A DNA stretch of 27,311 nt from Gemmatimonadota bacterium (GTDB taxonomy: Bacteria > Latescibacterota > UBA2968 > UBA8231), in contig JAYOYH010000058.1 of NCBI GenBank assembly GCA_038153405.1, forward strand, positions 1-27,311, given 5' to 3'. Below the pieces are notes generated by a model that saw nothing but the letters and a program-made list of their open reading frames with translations, did no database searches and was not told the origin of the DNA. Below are positions 1 through 8,949 of the stretch, piece by piece. The position numbers and the translations under genes are program-made. Numbering within the stretch: position 1 is the stretch's first letter; the number at the start of each line of letters is the position of its first letter.

Positions 1-188
1 GCGAGGACCTCTTTACTGCCGACGAAATCTTTACCGCGCACAGCGGCGTCAAGGTGCACCCGGTGGGCCGCTTTGAAGATCGCCAATTACCGGCCCCCGG
101 TCCGGTGACGGCGAAGCTATTGGAAATGGTCGAAAACACGCTGAGCTTTTCCGACGACCGCTTTAGGCACTTTTTTCAGTTTTTATAG
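1..188 (+). CDS. Aminotransferase class IV (branched-chain amino acid aminotransferase-like), C-terminal fragment truncated by the window edge
   Basis: The frame from base 3 reads EDLFTADEIFTAHSGVKVHPVGRFEDRQLPAPGPVTAKLLEMVENTLSF...FL* with TAG at 186-188. The ADExF...V.PV...GPVT pattern is typical of PLP fold-type IV C-termini. Confidence 0.8.
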   Translation, partial: EDLFTADEIFTAHSGVKVHPVGRFEDRQLPAPGPVTAKLLEMVENTLSFSDDRFRHFFQFL

Positions 189-203
189 TTGCCGCGTTGC
201 CGG

Positions 204-2918
204 CTACGGGCGCGTCCAGCGCAGGTGGTGCAGCAGCGTGGCGCCGGTGGAATGCTCCAGCGGATAGTCGCGCACTGTAATGGAGTGGCTGTCTATCGCC
301 TCCACGTCGTAGCCCGTTTCGCCGATGAGCAGCACGTCGCTGGGCGGCAGGTCCTCGGGCAGCGGCTGGGCCAGGTTCAGAGTGCGGTCGTCTATCGAAT
401 GGACCTCGAGCGCCGTGTGGCCGCGCGGCAGCTGCCAGCTGTAATCCCCAAACGAAAGCTCTCTTCCATCGAGCAGGTAGGCGGCTAGTGGCGCTCCGTC
501 CTGGTCGACGGAGAGAAAGGCAAAGCGACCGGCCAAGGCGACGGGACCGTAGCAACGCCTGCGGTCGTCGGGTGCCGAAAAGATGTAGTCTGTGCGCTCG
601 GCTAAGCGCACTTCCACGGCCAATGCATCGCCCGTCTCGCCGCTTTCCAACAGCCGCGCGTCGACAACGGGTGACGTTGCCTCTTTGTAGGGAACCATCA
701 GCGCGGCGAAGTGGCTGGTCAACGGTGCGTCATCGGCCGTGCGTTCGGCTAGCAGCTGCTGCACGGGTGCGGCATTCTGCTGGCTGCCGTGACAGGAGCG
801 CCAGCCCGGTGCGTCGGCCAGCAGCAGGCGTGCAAACGGACTGAGCAAGTGCCAGTCGAGCTGCGCGCCCTCGTGGGACCACGTCGCGCGCATCGGTCTG
901 TTGGCCTGCGCCGTGCGCGGATGCTCCACCCATTTCAACCATTCGGCCAGCGTCTCTTCTGCCCCTTGCAGCGGATTGAAATCGGCCCCGTTATGTACTA
1001 ACGCACCGTTGCAGTGGAACAGGTAGTGGTGGGTATGTCCGCCTATGACGCGAAAGAAATCCACCGCATAGCTGCTGCCGCTGGGTAGCCCTACCAATGC
1101 GCAGGTACGCTCGTATAGAGCGCACTGTGCGTAGGCCTGCGCCTGCGCGCGCACGATTTCCACGCCCGGCCCGCGACCCAACAGCGCGAGATTGGCGTCG
1201 CGCTCGGGATGATTTTGCTGTTGACCGTCGACGGCGACCAGATTGTGCGACAGCGTGCACTTGGTCCAGGCGCCGCGCGGATCGTCCCAGATATAGCCGC
1301 GATCGGCCGCCAGCTCGCGGCCGTGGGCCACGTAACTGATGCCGAGCGTATCGGTGTGGCGGTGACCGCCCTGAGCGGAGGCGTTGAAGTAGAGGGCCGT
1401 ATGGCCGTGTGGATCGCCGTTGCGCAGCACGCCGACCTGCCAAGCGGGAAAGTACTCAGTGCGGCGCGGCAGCAACGCGGCGCCGTCGACGCGCAGTTCC
1501 GGGTCGCGGTGCCAGAGCGCGTACTCATCGCCCGCCTCGGCCAGCGGCTTGCCCAGTGCCTGTTCCAGCAGGCCTGCGTAGCGGCTGCCGTAGTGGGCGC
1601 AGAGCACCTCGGCGTGAATGGGTTGCAGGCCGTCGCCATAGTGGGTGTCGCCGATCACGGGATATTTCAGATTGGGGTCGAGCATGCGCACCATGCTTTC
1701 GAGCGCCAGTCGATAGCGGTCAAAGTGCGCGTAGGGTGCAAAATGGTCCATGCGCGTCCCGCTTTGGGGACGGTAGTCGGGCGGATCGCTATAGCCGTCC
1801 AGCAGGTCGGGCAGCGCGCGCATGAGCGTTAGGTACATATCCGAATAGGACGGCGATTCGCTGCAGAAGCCGTCGGCGTGAAAGCCCTTTTCGAGCAGAC
1901 GTTGGAAGCCGTCGATGGCGCGGCGCACGCTGGCGGGGCGATCAAAGAGCCGACCGACCAGCGCGCTGAGCGCGCGGGCCGGCGGGCACTTGTTGTTGAT
2001 CTCGTTCCAACACTCCATATCGGCACTGCCGGCCAGAATCAGGTCGTCGACGATGCGCTGCTCTCTATCGGGCGTAAACACTTCCGCGCCGCGCAGCAGG
2101 TCGTAGGCGCGCGCCATGTCGAGCAGCAAGGAAGCGTCGCCGCCGCTGCAGCCAAAGCGCCCCGCGCCCCAAAAGCCGTTAAAGAGCACGGAGTGATCGC
2201 CCTCGCGGTGACGCCCTGTAAACGCGCTGATAATGGTTTCGTGCGCAAAGCGCCCGCCGCGCGGATGGGCGCCTAGGCTGCGCGCCACGTCGCCCGGCGG
2301 CGCGTCTGCATAGGTGCCGTCGTAGGAGTGGAAGAGCCAGTAGGGATAGCGCGCGGCGGCGATCTCCATAATCCATACGGCGCGTTCGGCGCAGGCGCTA
2401 TCGCCCGTCAGGGCGTAGAGTTGGGCCAGCGGTAGCACCTGGTCAAAGCACCAGCGGCCCTGCTTGGAGCGCAGCACGCCGCTAAAGCTGGTGTGCACGG
2501 GAAAGGTCACCCAGCGGTAGGCGTGCGTGCCCGTGCGGTCTTCGGGATGGGCGCGCTCGTCGTCGTTGAGATAGAAGGCGAAGGTTTGTCCCATGCGCGG
2601 CGCGGTAAGCGCGCCCGTTTCTGGGTAGGCTTCGTTGGGGTACTCCGTTTGGCAGTAGGTGCAGACCAGCCGCTCGGGATTGCGCACGTCCCACGCATAG
2701 AGGCCGGTCTCGCCCATTGACGAGAGGCGGCCGACGCAGGCCGGGCAGTTTTGCCCGTACTCGGGCCACGGCGTTAGCTCGGGCATCATGCGCTCGAAAA
2801 AGGCGCGGTCTTGCCCTAGGGCGTAGTCGACCTGCTGCCGCCAGCCGGCCACCAACCGTTGGGCCCAGGCGTGGCGGCGGTAGTTTTCGCGCGCGATGTG
2901 GACATTTTGTACGGGCAT
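204..2918 (-). CDS. Heparinase II/III-like polysaccharide or oligosaccharide lyase (904 aa), no signal peptide
   Basis: Helical N-terminal half with an E-S-x-x-Y motif (ESPSYS). C-terminal GHRHTDTLG...DRGY...HNLVAVDG matches the Hepar_II_III beta-sandwich signature. N-terminal CxxC...CxxC. Starts 18 bp after the amidohydrolase stop. Confidence 0.85.
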   Translation of the reverse strand: MPVQNVHIARENYRRHAWAQRLVAGWRQQVDYALGQDRAFFERMMPELTPWPEYGQNCPACVGRLSSMGETGLYAWDVRNPERLVCTYCQTEYPNEAYPETGALTAPRMGQTFAFYLNDDERAHPEDRTGTHAYRWVTFPVHTSFSGVLRSKQGRWCFDQVLPLAQLYALTGDSACAERAVWIMEIAAARYPYWLFHSYDGTYADAPPGDVARSLGAHPRGGRFAHETIISAFTGRHREGDHSVLFNGFWGAGRFGCSGGDASLLLDMARAYDLLRGAEVFTPDREQRIVDDLILAGSADMECWNEINNKCPPARALSALVGRLFDRPASVRRAIDGFQRLLEKGFHADGFCSESPSYSDMYLTLMRALPDLLDGYSDPPDYRPQSGTRMDHFAPYAHFDRYRLALESMVRMLDPNLKYPVIGDTHYGDGLQPIHAEVLCAHYGSRYAGLLEQALGKPLAEAGDEYALWHRDPELRVDGAALLPRRTEYFPAWQVGVLRNGDPHGHTALYFNASAQGGHRHTDTLGISYVAHGRELAADRGYIWDDPRGAWTKCTLSHNLVAVDGQQQNHPERDANLALLGRGPGVEIVRAQAQAYAQCALYERTCALVGLPSGSSYAVDFFRVIGGHTHHYLFHCNGALVHNGADFNPLQGAEETLAEWLKWVEHPRTAQANRPMRATWSHEGAQLDWHLLSPFARLLLADAPGWRSCHGSQQNAAPVQQLLAERTADDAPLTSHFAALMVPYKEATSPVVDARLLESGETGDALAVEVRLAERTDYIFSAPDDRRRCYGPVALAGRFAFLSVDQDGAPLAAYLLDGRELSFGDYSWQLPRGHTALEVHSIDDRTLNLAQPLPEDLPPSDVLLIGETGYDVEAIDSHSITVRDYPLEHSTGATLLHHLRWTRP

Positions 2919-2936
2919 GGAGTGCGTCTACCAGCG

Positions 2937-4163
2937 TTAGGCGCTCTCTGGCGGCATGATCAACCCTTCGGGGTTGCGCACGCCGTAGAGCGGACCCAGT
3001 TCGCGGTAGTCGACGCCGATGCGCCCGTTCCAGTCCCAGCGCACAGTGCCGCTTTGCAGCGTCAATTCGCAGGTGATGCGCTGCGTGCCGCGGAACAGCC
3101 CGCTGGCCACGTCCGTGTAGCCAAAGTCGCCTTCGAGGATCTTGAGGCCGGCGACATCGGCCACGGCACCAACGCTCAGGTGGCCGAGCTCCTCGTGGCC
3201 AATCTCGCGCGCTGGATTGATAGTGGACTCGCGGATGACTTCTTCCAATGGCATGCCCATGACGAGAAATTTCGACATGACGGTAACCATGTCCATCATG
3301 TCTTCGTTCATGTTTTTGGTGTGCAAGTCGGTAGAAATCGAGTCGGGGTAAAAGCCCTGCTCGATGGCCGGCACGGCGTTGCGCCAGTAGAACGAACCGC
3401 CGCCGTGGCCCACGTCGAACACGATACCGCGCTTGCGGGCTTCGTAGAGATAGGACAGCACGTTGCCGTCCCCGTCGAGCCAGGGCACGTCGCCGAGAAA
3501 CATATGCGTGCTGATATCGCCGGGTGCCATGCGCTGCGTCACCAGTTCGTAGTAGGGGCGTTCGCGCGGAAAGAGGCCGAAGTCGATCATGGCTGGCATG
3601 CCCGCCTGCTGGCCGGCTTGCAGCGCGCGTTCAGTTGAAACCCACTCGGTGCTTTTGAAATGGGCGGTCTTGGAACCGACGATAAAGTCGCTGTGCTCCT
3701 TCATCGTGGCCGCGGTGCGCTCGACGTCCATGTCAGAGACGTTCTGCTCCATATCGGTGTGCACCATGCCCATGCCGACGATGTTGAGGAAGGCGAACAT
3801 CCGCGTCTGAAAGCGCGTGAGCACGCGTTCGCGAAAGTCGGGAAAGATGCGCCAGCCGGCGCTGCCGGTATCGACCATGGTCGTCACGCCGCTGCGAAAG
3901 GAAAAGCCGTCGGGCAGAATGCTGTTGTCGCCGGCCCAGGCCCCCTTCCAGCCGGGTGTGGCATACATATGGGTGTGGATATCAACGAGGCCGGGCGTGA
4001 TATAGAGCCCGCTGACGTCGAGTACCTGCTGCGCCGACTCGGCGGGAATAGACGCGTCGACAGCAGCGATTGTGCCGTCTTTGATCGCCACGTCATGGGG
4101 TGCATCAACATTGTTTTTGGGGTCGATGAGGTGGCCGCCCTTGAGCAGCGTATCAAATTGCAT
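2937..4163 (-). CDS. Amidohydrolase/deacetylase family metallohydrolase (dihydroorotase-like subfamily)
   Basis: Motifs PGLVDIHTH (HxH), GVTTMVDTGSAG, GSKTAH (carboxylated Lys position), DVGHGGGSF and ISTDLH. Start moved to ATG at 4163, which has a GGGAG SD upstream. Confidence 0.9.
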   Translation of the reverse strand: MQFDTLLKGGHLIDPKNNVDAPHDVAIKDGTIAAVDASIPAESAQQVLDVSGLYITPGLVDIHTHMYATPGWKGAWAGDNSILPDGFSFRSGVTTMVDTGSAGWRIFPDFRERVLTRFQTRMFAFLNIVGMGMVHTDMEQNVSDMDVERTAATMKEHSDFIVGSKTAHFKSTEWVSTERALQAGQQAGMPAMIDFGLFPRERPYYELVTQRMAPGDISTHMFLGDVPWLDGDGNVLSYLYEARKRGIVFDVGHGGGSFYWRNAVPAIEQGFYPDSISTDLHTKNMNEDMMDMVTVMSKFLVMGMPLEEVIRESTINPAREIGHEELGHLSVGAVADVAGLKILEGDFGYTDVASGLFRGTQRITCELTLQSGTVRWDWNGRIGVDYRELGPLYGVRNPEGLIMPPESA

Positions 4164-4213
4164 GTCGGTCTCCCGTGCATCGTGAGTGGGCAAGTAGCGC
4201 GGTGTAGAGGGCG

Positions 4214-4242
4214 AATATCTCGCTAGCGCGTGGAGCCGTCAA
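4214..4242 (-). promoter_or_regulatory. Putative sigma70-type promoter for the amidohydrolase-lyase operon
   Basis: Minus strand TTGACG-N17-GATATT, about 50 nt upstream of the ATG at 4163. Confidence 0.55.
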
Positions 4243-4244
4243 CT

Positions 4245-4273
4245 TTCGCAGGGCTATCCACTCCGCTTATCTT
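4245..4273 (+). promoter_or_regulatory. Putative sigma70-type promoter for the dgoD-like/ilvD-like pair (back to back with the previous promoter)
   Basis: TTCGCA-N17-TATCTT upstream of the GGAG SD (4293-4296). Confidence 0.4.
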
Positions 4274-4305
4274 ATCGGCACACAACTCAATTGGAGAAAG
4301 CAAAC

Positions 4306-5442
4306 GTGAAGATTACGGCAGTAAAGACGCTGGCCTCGTGGGCCGGCCTGCGCAATTGGGTATTGGTAAAGGTTGAGACGGATACGGAGCTATACGGCTG
4401 GGGCGAGGCGACGTTGGAAGGCAAAGAAGAAGTCGTTATGGCGCAGATCGAAAAGATGGGTCGCGCGCTGATCGACCAAGATCCGCTGCGCGTCGAGCAC
4501 ATCTGGCAGCAGCTCTATCGGCACATGTTTTGGCGCGGTGGGCCGGTGCATAACTCGGCGCTGTCCGGACTCGACCAGGCGCTGTGGGACCTGCGCGGAC
4601 GGGCGTGGGGCGTGCCCGTCTATCAGCTGCTGGGCGGTAGAGTGCGCGACTACGTACGCCTCTATACGCATGTCGGTATTTACCAGCCCGAGCGCATGGT
4701 AGAAGATGCGCAGCGCGACGTCGAAGACGGTTTTACGGCGATGAAAACGGGGGCGTGGGCCGGCGATGGCCGCCTGCCCGAACGCGAGCGCGTCGCCGCC
4801 TTTGCCGAGCGCATCGGTACCTTGCGTAAGGCGGTGGGCGAGGGCGTGGATATTATGGTAGACGACCACGGGCGCGGCACGCCGTCGAGCGCGGTGCGGC
4901 TGATGCAGGCGCTGGCGCCGTTTGACCTGTTCTTCCTAGAAGAGTCCGTGCAGCCGGACGATCTCGAAGGGCTGGTGCGGCTGCGCGCGGCCAATCCGCC
5001 GATGGACTTGGCCGCCGGCGAGCGGCTCTATTCCAAGTGGGACTATCGGCCCATACTAGAACAGCGCCTGCTCGACGTGATTCAGCCCGACCTGTGCCAC
5101 GCCGGCGGCATCAGCGAGGTCAAAAAGATCGCCGCCCTGGCCGAGGCCTACTACGTGCAGATTGCGCCGCACAACCCGCAGGGGCCGCTGTCGACGGCGG
5201 CCGCTGCGCACTTGGGGATGGCTACCCCGAACTTTCTCATTCTCGAATACGTGCGTCAGGAGCCCTACCGCGATCGGGCGATGCGCGAGCACTGGCCCGT
5301 AGAAGGGGGGCGGCTGACGGTGCCGGACCGACCGGGCTTGGGCGTTGACTTGGACGAAGACGCCCTGCTCAGTAGCCCCATGCGCTCGGGCGGCGGTCGC
5401 GTCGATTCGTATGGAGCCGACGGACTCGTGCGCGACGTATAG
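4306..5442 (+). CDS. dgoD: Galactonate dehydratase-like enzyme (mandelate racemase subgroup, enolase superfamily)
   Basis: GWGEATLEG, FWRGGP, DxHGR (DDHGR), FLEE, AGERLYS, QPDLCHAGGI, APHNPQGP. GTG at 4306 with GGAG SD. Substrate not certain. Confidence 0.8.
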   Translation: MKITAVKTLASWAGLRNWVLVKVETDTELYGWGEATLEGKEEVVMAQIEKMGRALIDQDPLRVEHIWQQLYRHMFWRGGPVHNSALSGLDQALWDLRGRAWGVPVYQLLGGRVRDYVRLYTHVGIYQPERMVEDAQRDVEDGFTAMKTGAWAGDGRLPERERVAAFAERIGTLRKAVGEGVDIMVDDHGRGTPSSAVRLMQALAPFDLFFLEESVQPDDLEGLVRLRAANPPMDLAAGERLYSKWDYRPILEQRLLDVIQPDLCHAGGISEVKKIAALAEAYYVQIAPHNPQGPLSTAAAAHLGMATPNFLILEYVRQEPYRDRAMREHWPVEGGRLTVPDRPGLGVDLDEDALLSSPMRSGGGRVDSYGADGLVRDV

Positions 5443-5472
5443 AAACTCAAAAATTCTCCGAGAGGAAATACG

Positions 5473-7200
5473 ATGGCGGATAAAAAAGACGCGCTGCGCT
5501 CGACCAATTGGTTTGCCGATCCCATGCACACGGGCTTTGTCGCGCGCGGCTGGATGCGCAATCAGGGCCACCCCGAGCAGATGTTCGACGGTCGGCCGGT
5601 CATTGGCATTTGCAACACGTTTTCGGATTTGAACCCCTGCAACGCCAACCTGCGCATTCTCGCCGAGCAGGTAAAGCGCGGCGTCTATGAGGCGGGCGGC
5701 TTTCCGCTAGAGTTCCCCGTCACGTCGCTGGGTGAGACGCTGATGAAGCCGACGACGATGCTCTTTCGCAATTTGGCCAGTATGGACGTCGAGGAAAATC
5801 TGCGCGCCAATCCGCTCGACGGCGTGGTGCTGCTGACTGGCTGCGACAAGACCACGCCGGCGCTGCTGATGGGGGCGGCCAGCGTCGACCTGCCGACCAT
5901 CGTCGTCTCGTCGGGACCGATGCTCAACGGCAAGTACGAAAACCGCGACATTGGCTCGGGGACGGACGTCTACCGCTTTACTACCGAACTGCGCGCCGGC
6001 ACGATGAGCCAGACGGAGTATTTGGAGGCCGAAGGGGGTATGTCGCGCTCGGAGGGGCACTGCATGACGATGGGCACGGCCTCGACGATGGCCTGTATGG
6101 TGGAAGCGCTGGGCCTGATGCTGCCCGGTGGAGCGGCCATTCCCGGTCCCGATGCGCGGCGCAAGCGCCTGGGCCACCTGACGGGCAATCGCATTGTCGA
6201 GATGGTGCGCGAGGGCGTGAAGATGTCGGATATCCTAACGCGCGCGGCCATCGAGAATGCTATTAAGGTCAATGCAGCCATCGGCGGTTCGACCAACTTC
6301 GTAGTGCACCTGCTGGCCATTGCCGGGCGCATCGGTGTGCCGCTGAGCTTGGACGACTTTGATCGGCTGGGTAGCAATATGCCCCTACTGGCCAACCTGA
6401 TGCCGTCGGGCACCTATTTGATGGAAGACTTTTTCTACGCCGGGGGCCTGCCCGCCCTTATTGCCGAACTCGGAGACCAGCTGCACGGCGATGTGCTTAC
6501 GGTAAGCGGCAAGACGCTGGCCGAAAACAACGCTGGAGCGAAGTGCTACAACCGCGATGTGATTGCTTCGATGGACGCTCCTTTTAAAGAGGCCGCAGGC
6601 ATTGCCGTGCTGCGCGGCAATCTGTGTCCGGACGGGGCAATCATCAAGCCATCGGCCGCCTCGTCCGAGCTTATGCGGCATCGCGGTCGCGCCGTTGTAT
6701 TTGAAGATGTTGAAGACTATCGGCAGCGCATTGACGACCCCAACCTGGACGTCGATCCGTCCTGCGTGTTGGTGCTCAAGGGCATTGGACCACGCGGCTT
6801 CCCCGGTATGCCGGAGGCGGGCAAGTTCGGGCTGCCGAAGAAGATGCTCGAGCAGGGCGTGCGCGATATGGTGTGCATTTCCGATGGGCGCATGTCGGGC
6901 ACGGCCTTTGGCACGATCGTGCTGCACGTAGCGCCCGAAGCGGCGGTGGGCGGGCCGCTGGCACTGGTGCGCGAGGGCGATATGATCGAGTTGGACGTGG
7001 CCGCGCGCACGCTCCGTATGGATGTCGACGAGGAGGAGTTGGCGCGACGCCGGGCGGCATGGGTAGCACCCGAACCGTGCGCCGAGCGAGGCTATGCGCG
7101 CATCTACGTCGACCACGTGCTGCAGGCCGATCGCGGCGCCGACTTCGATATCCTAGTGGGCAAGTCGGGGCCTACGGAAGGACATCGCAGCTATCGCTAA
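5473..7200 (+). CDS. IlvD/EDD family Fe-S sugar-acid dehydratase (L-arabinonate/pentonate dehydratase-like)
   Basis: NPCN, GCDKTTP, HCMTMGTAS, IGGSTN, SDGRMSGT and LHVAPE motifs. The segments MLFRNLASMDVEE and C-terminal VLQADRGADFD fit the L-arabinonate dehydratase clade. GAGG SD. Confidence 0.9.
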   Translation: MADKKDALRSTNWFADPMHTGFVARGWMRNQGHPEQMFDGRPVIGICNTFSDLNPCNANLRILAEQVKRGVYEAGGFPLEFPVTSLGETLMKPTTMLFRNLASMDVEENLRANPLDGVVLLTGCDKTTPALLMGAASVDLPTIVVSSGPMLNGKYENRDIGSGTDVYRFTTELRAGTMSQTEYLEAEGGMSRSEGHCMTMGTASTMACMVEALGLMLPGGAAIPGPDARRKRLGHLTGNRIVEMVREGVKMSDILTRAAIENAIKVNAAIGGSTNFVVHLLAIAGRIGVPLSLDDFDRLGSNMPLLANLMPSGTYLMEDFFYAGGLPALIAELGDQLHGDVLTVSGKTLAENNAGAKCYNRDVIASMDAPFKEAAGIAVLRGNLCPDGAIIKPSAASSELMRHRGRAVVFEDVEDYRQRIDDPNLDVDPSCVLVLKGIGPRGFPGMPEAGKFGLPKKMLEQGVRDMVCISDGRMSGTAFGTIVLHVAPEAAVGGPLALVREGDMIELDVAARTLRMDVDEEELARRRAAWVAPEPCAERGYARIYVDHVLQADRGADFDILVGKSGPTEGHRSYR

Positions 7201-7252
7201 AGAAAGTGGACCGATTGCGACCGACTGCGCTTCAGGCCAAACAAGAACGGTT

Positions 7253-8134
7253 TTAGTGATCGCCGCTATACTGTTCGCCGGCCTGCACGTATAGATCCAG
7301 CCGGTTTTGCTCGGGCGGCAGCGGACAGGTCGCGTAGGGCGTGAAGGCGCAGGGCGGGCTGTAAGCCTTGTTGAAGTCGATCGTCGCGCGGCCGTCGGCA
7401 TGGTGGTCGACGATCAAAAAGCGGCCGCCGCCGTAGGTCTCTTGGCCGTTGCTCTTGTCGCCGAATACGACGAAAAACTGCGCGTCGCTCGCCTCGCCAA
7501 AAACGGCCAACCGGTACTCCTTGCCCTCGACAGAAAAAACGACATTGCCGGGCCACGGCGTCTGTGAAACGGTGCCGATGATCGACGGCACATTGATGCT
7601 GCGCGGCTCGGCAAAGGGCGCAAAGTGGCCTTCAATGCGCCAGGCCGGATCGGCGTCGAATGAAGGAATTCCCGCAAAATCCAGGCGCGTTGGACTCTGC
7701 GTGTCCTTTAGGCGCACGCCGTAGCGCCCGTCGCGTTCGATGGGGTAAAAGCGCAGCGAGCGGAAGCGCAGTGCGGGCGGATCGGCGTTTTGTAGATCGG
7801 TAAAGTCAAGCATTTGCACGGGCTGTTCGACGCCTGCCGTATCTAACCGCGTCACCCCGGACGCCGTTATAAGCGCGCTAACGCGATCGCCTTGCAATGT
7901 GAAAGATCCCATGTGCGACGGAGCGCCGTCGGGAAAAATAAGGTCGTTGCCCTCGGCCGAGCCAAAGGTGTTTTTCCCTTCGCGCAGCCAGTAGAGCCCA
8001 GTCAGGCTGAGAAAGCCTTCTTCGGCCGTGAGCGCCGCGAGGCGCTGCTGGCGCCAGTGCTCGATGCCGGCGGTATATTCGTCGGCCTGCCCCGTAGAAA
8101 AGCAGACCAGAGTCCAGAGGACGATAGCGAGCAT
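7253..8134 (-). CDS. DUF1684 domain protein, secreted
   Basis: N-terminal signal peptide. Conserved ETYGGGRFL and IDFNKAYSPPCAFTPYATCPLPP..N motifs. Confidence 0.9.
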   Translation of the reverse strand: MLAIVLWTLVCFSTGQADEYTAGIEHWRQQRLAALTAEEGFLSLTGLYWLREGKNTFGSAEGNDLIFPDGAPSHMGSFTLQGDRVSALITASGVTRLDTAGVEQPVQMLDFTDLQNADPPALRFRSLRFYPIERDGRYGVRLKDTQSPTRLDFAGIPSFDADPAWRIEGHFAPFAEPRSINVPSIIGTVSQTPWPGNVVFSVEGKEYRLAVFGEASDAQFFVVFGDKSNGQETYGGGRFLIVDHHADGRATIDFNKAYSPPCAFTPYATCPLPPEQNRLDLYVQAGEQYSGDH

Positions 8135-8224
8135 GAGAATTTCCCTTTACAAAAACTGTGTGATAGGCCAGAGAAAACGCCAAAGAAGGCTTAGGGCTGT
8201 TTTTTATACTCGATAGGTCTGCTG

Positions 8225-8253
8225 AACATAGGGCGAGAGGTCTCATGTGCCAA
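8225..8253 (-). promoter_or_regulatory. Putative sigma70-type promoter for the DUF1684 gene
   Basis: Minus strand TTGGCA-N17-TATGTT, about 90 nt upstream of the start codon. Confidence 0.5.
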
Positions 8254-8292
8254 AGGGCAAGTCGCCTATTTAATGGTCAGCACGTGTGGATA

Positions 8293-8309
8293 AAGTAAGG
8301 TCCTTACTT
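8293..8309. promoter_or_regulatory. Perfect 17-bp palindrome, candidate transcription-factor operator
   Basis: AAGTAAGG-T-CCTTACTT. The 1-nt spacer favours a DNA-binding site over an RNA hairpin. Lies in the divergent DUF1684/sulP intergenic region. Confidence 0.55.
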
Positions 8310-8949
8310 ATATTTAACATGGTCTCGATGGATATATGAGCAGGCGACGGGCTGCACATGGTCTAGAGTGCTGCGAATGAAGAAGTCGCCAAAGCGGTGC
8401 GCATGGCATGCTGCATCGGTTAGGATCCATGAGACGCGTTATAGCAGTGTGCATGCGGAATGTGACAATACCATCAGAAGGGATAAAATCCAAAGAGAGA
8501 CGACAACCGTTATTTGATTTTTGTGCTATAGCCAGTCCATTCTACCTGAACAAGTCGTTGAGCATTTTCCCCAAAGTGCGTGCGGATGGGTTCTTTTTAA
8601 TGCTGCCACCGCTTAGCGCTAATAAGTACTAGTCGCGTTTTCGTTCATATGAGAATACGATCCGTGCTGCCTGGCCCGGATCAAGTGCATCGGTGCATTT
8701 TTCGACTGAAATAGTTCGGATAAGGCACCAGCCGCCCTACAGCTAAGCAATACAAAATTCATTCGACATACCGTAGACCCTTTCGCACAGATAGCACCTT
8801 CTATGTGTCGGTCATGGCTTGTGCTATGCGTGCATCCGAACCGCACGTGCATGAGCGAACGGTAGCAAATAGTGTGTGTAGTCCGAGCTATATACGCTCC
8901 AAAGCAGAGTACATTTTCACTCCTATCGGAAGATTGAGGCCATTTTTGT

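Noticed and set aside
8220..8282. Possible three-way-junction RNA (TGCTGA/TCAGCA closing stem) as a riboswitch
   Set aside because: Short stems, no match to a riboswitch consensus I know, and it coincides with a good -35/-10 promoter pair.
8408..8852. Short ORFs (74 and 77 aa) upstream of sulP
   Set aside because: No SD, atypical composition, and no transposase or regulator motifs recognisable by eye.
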